In this document: positions 63,503 to 64,000 of the stretch, piece by piece
Layout of the letters: every line of letters starts with the position of its first letter
Position numbering within the stretch: the stretch's first letter is position 1
From: Candidatus Bathyarchaeota archaeon
GTDB taxonomy: Archaea > Thermoproteota > Bathyarchaeia > Bathyarchaeales > Bathycorpusculaceae
DNA length: 64,000 nt
Direction of reading: 5' to 3'
Assembly: GCA_963717465.1 (NCBI GenBank)
Contig: OY970340.1
Span: forward strand, 928,001-992,000
Notes under the pieces: generated by a model
What the model was told of the DNA's origin: nothing
Database searches by the model: none
Seen by the model: only the letters and a program-made list of their open reading frames with translations
Position numbers and translations under genes: made by a program

Positions 63503-64000
63503 TTGAGCGACGAATTCAAAAGCCAGAAGAATCTCGATAAATTCACTGCAATCAATGAGTTAGCTAAACGTAGAGGTTTTTTCTGGTCATCATTTGAAAT
63601 TTACGGTGGAAGCGGCGGATTCGTAAGTTACGGTCCGCTGGGCACACGATTGAAACAGAATATTGAGGCTAAGCTTCGAGAGCTTTTTGTTAAACAAATC
63701 GGAATTTTCGAAATGGAGTCCTCAGTGATTGCTCCAGGCAAAGTTTTTGAAGCTTCAGGGCACGTGGATCACTTTAAGGAGCCGATGGTTGAATGTCAAA
63801 ACTGCCATACTCGTTTCCGCGCGGATCATTTAATTGAAGAAGGTGCGAAAGTAAGCTCTGCAGACGCAGAAAAAATGAGCCTTGAAGAAATTAAGGAAGT
63901 CATCGAGAAAAACGCAATAGTCTGCCCAGACTGCAAAGGCCCGTTCGGTGAACCTCAAAGATACTTAACCATGTTTGAGACAACTATAGGGCCATACTCA
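63503..64000 (+). CDS. glyS: Glycyl-tRNA synthetase (alpha2 type), runs off window end
   Basis: ELAKRRGFFW.SFEIYGG..GF..YGPLG, VFEASGHVDHF.EPMVEC..C...FRADHL. Confidence 0.93.
   Translation, partial: MSDEFKSQKNLDKFTAINELAKRRGFFWSSFEIYGGSGGFVSYGPLGTRLKQNIEAKLRELFVKQIGIFEMESSVIAPGKVFEASGHVDHFKEPMVECQNCHTRFRADHLIEEGAKVSSADAEKMSLEEIKEVIEKNAIVCPDCKGPFGEPQRYLTMFETTIGPYS

Overview
Archaeal chromosomal window, moderately AT-rich. The gene set (TFE, aMBF1, exosome/proteasome, eL13/eL15, thermosome, archaeal ThrRS/ProRS, AOR, methanofuran genes) points to a TACK-type anaerobe, most plausibly Bathyarchaeia; this is inference, not a database result. Many essential genes are split by single-base indels, which looks like unpolished long-read error rather than real pseudogenisation. 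The standout is a selenocysteine locus at 23.6-26.9 kb. It has (i) a SelD whose true start lies upstream of the called ORF and which carries an in-frame UGA in the H-G-U-S-C-K-L-P active-site motif, (ii) a long hairpin just after that UGA, and (iii) a single 732-aa ORF fusing O-phosphoseryl-tRNA(Sec) kinase (PSTK) to an archaeal-type SelB elongation factor. Also present: a contiguous methanofuran biosynthesis cluster (mfnB-A-D-F-E plus a HisA-like gene), tandem hydantoinase/oxoprolinase paralogues, a pelota-like protein lacking domain 1, candidate ribosomal-protein leader RNAs, a rearranged exosome superoperon and a VapBC-type toxin-antitoxin pair. No rRNA, tRNA, CRISPR array or transposase was recognised.
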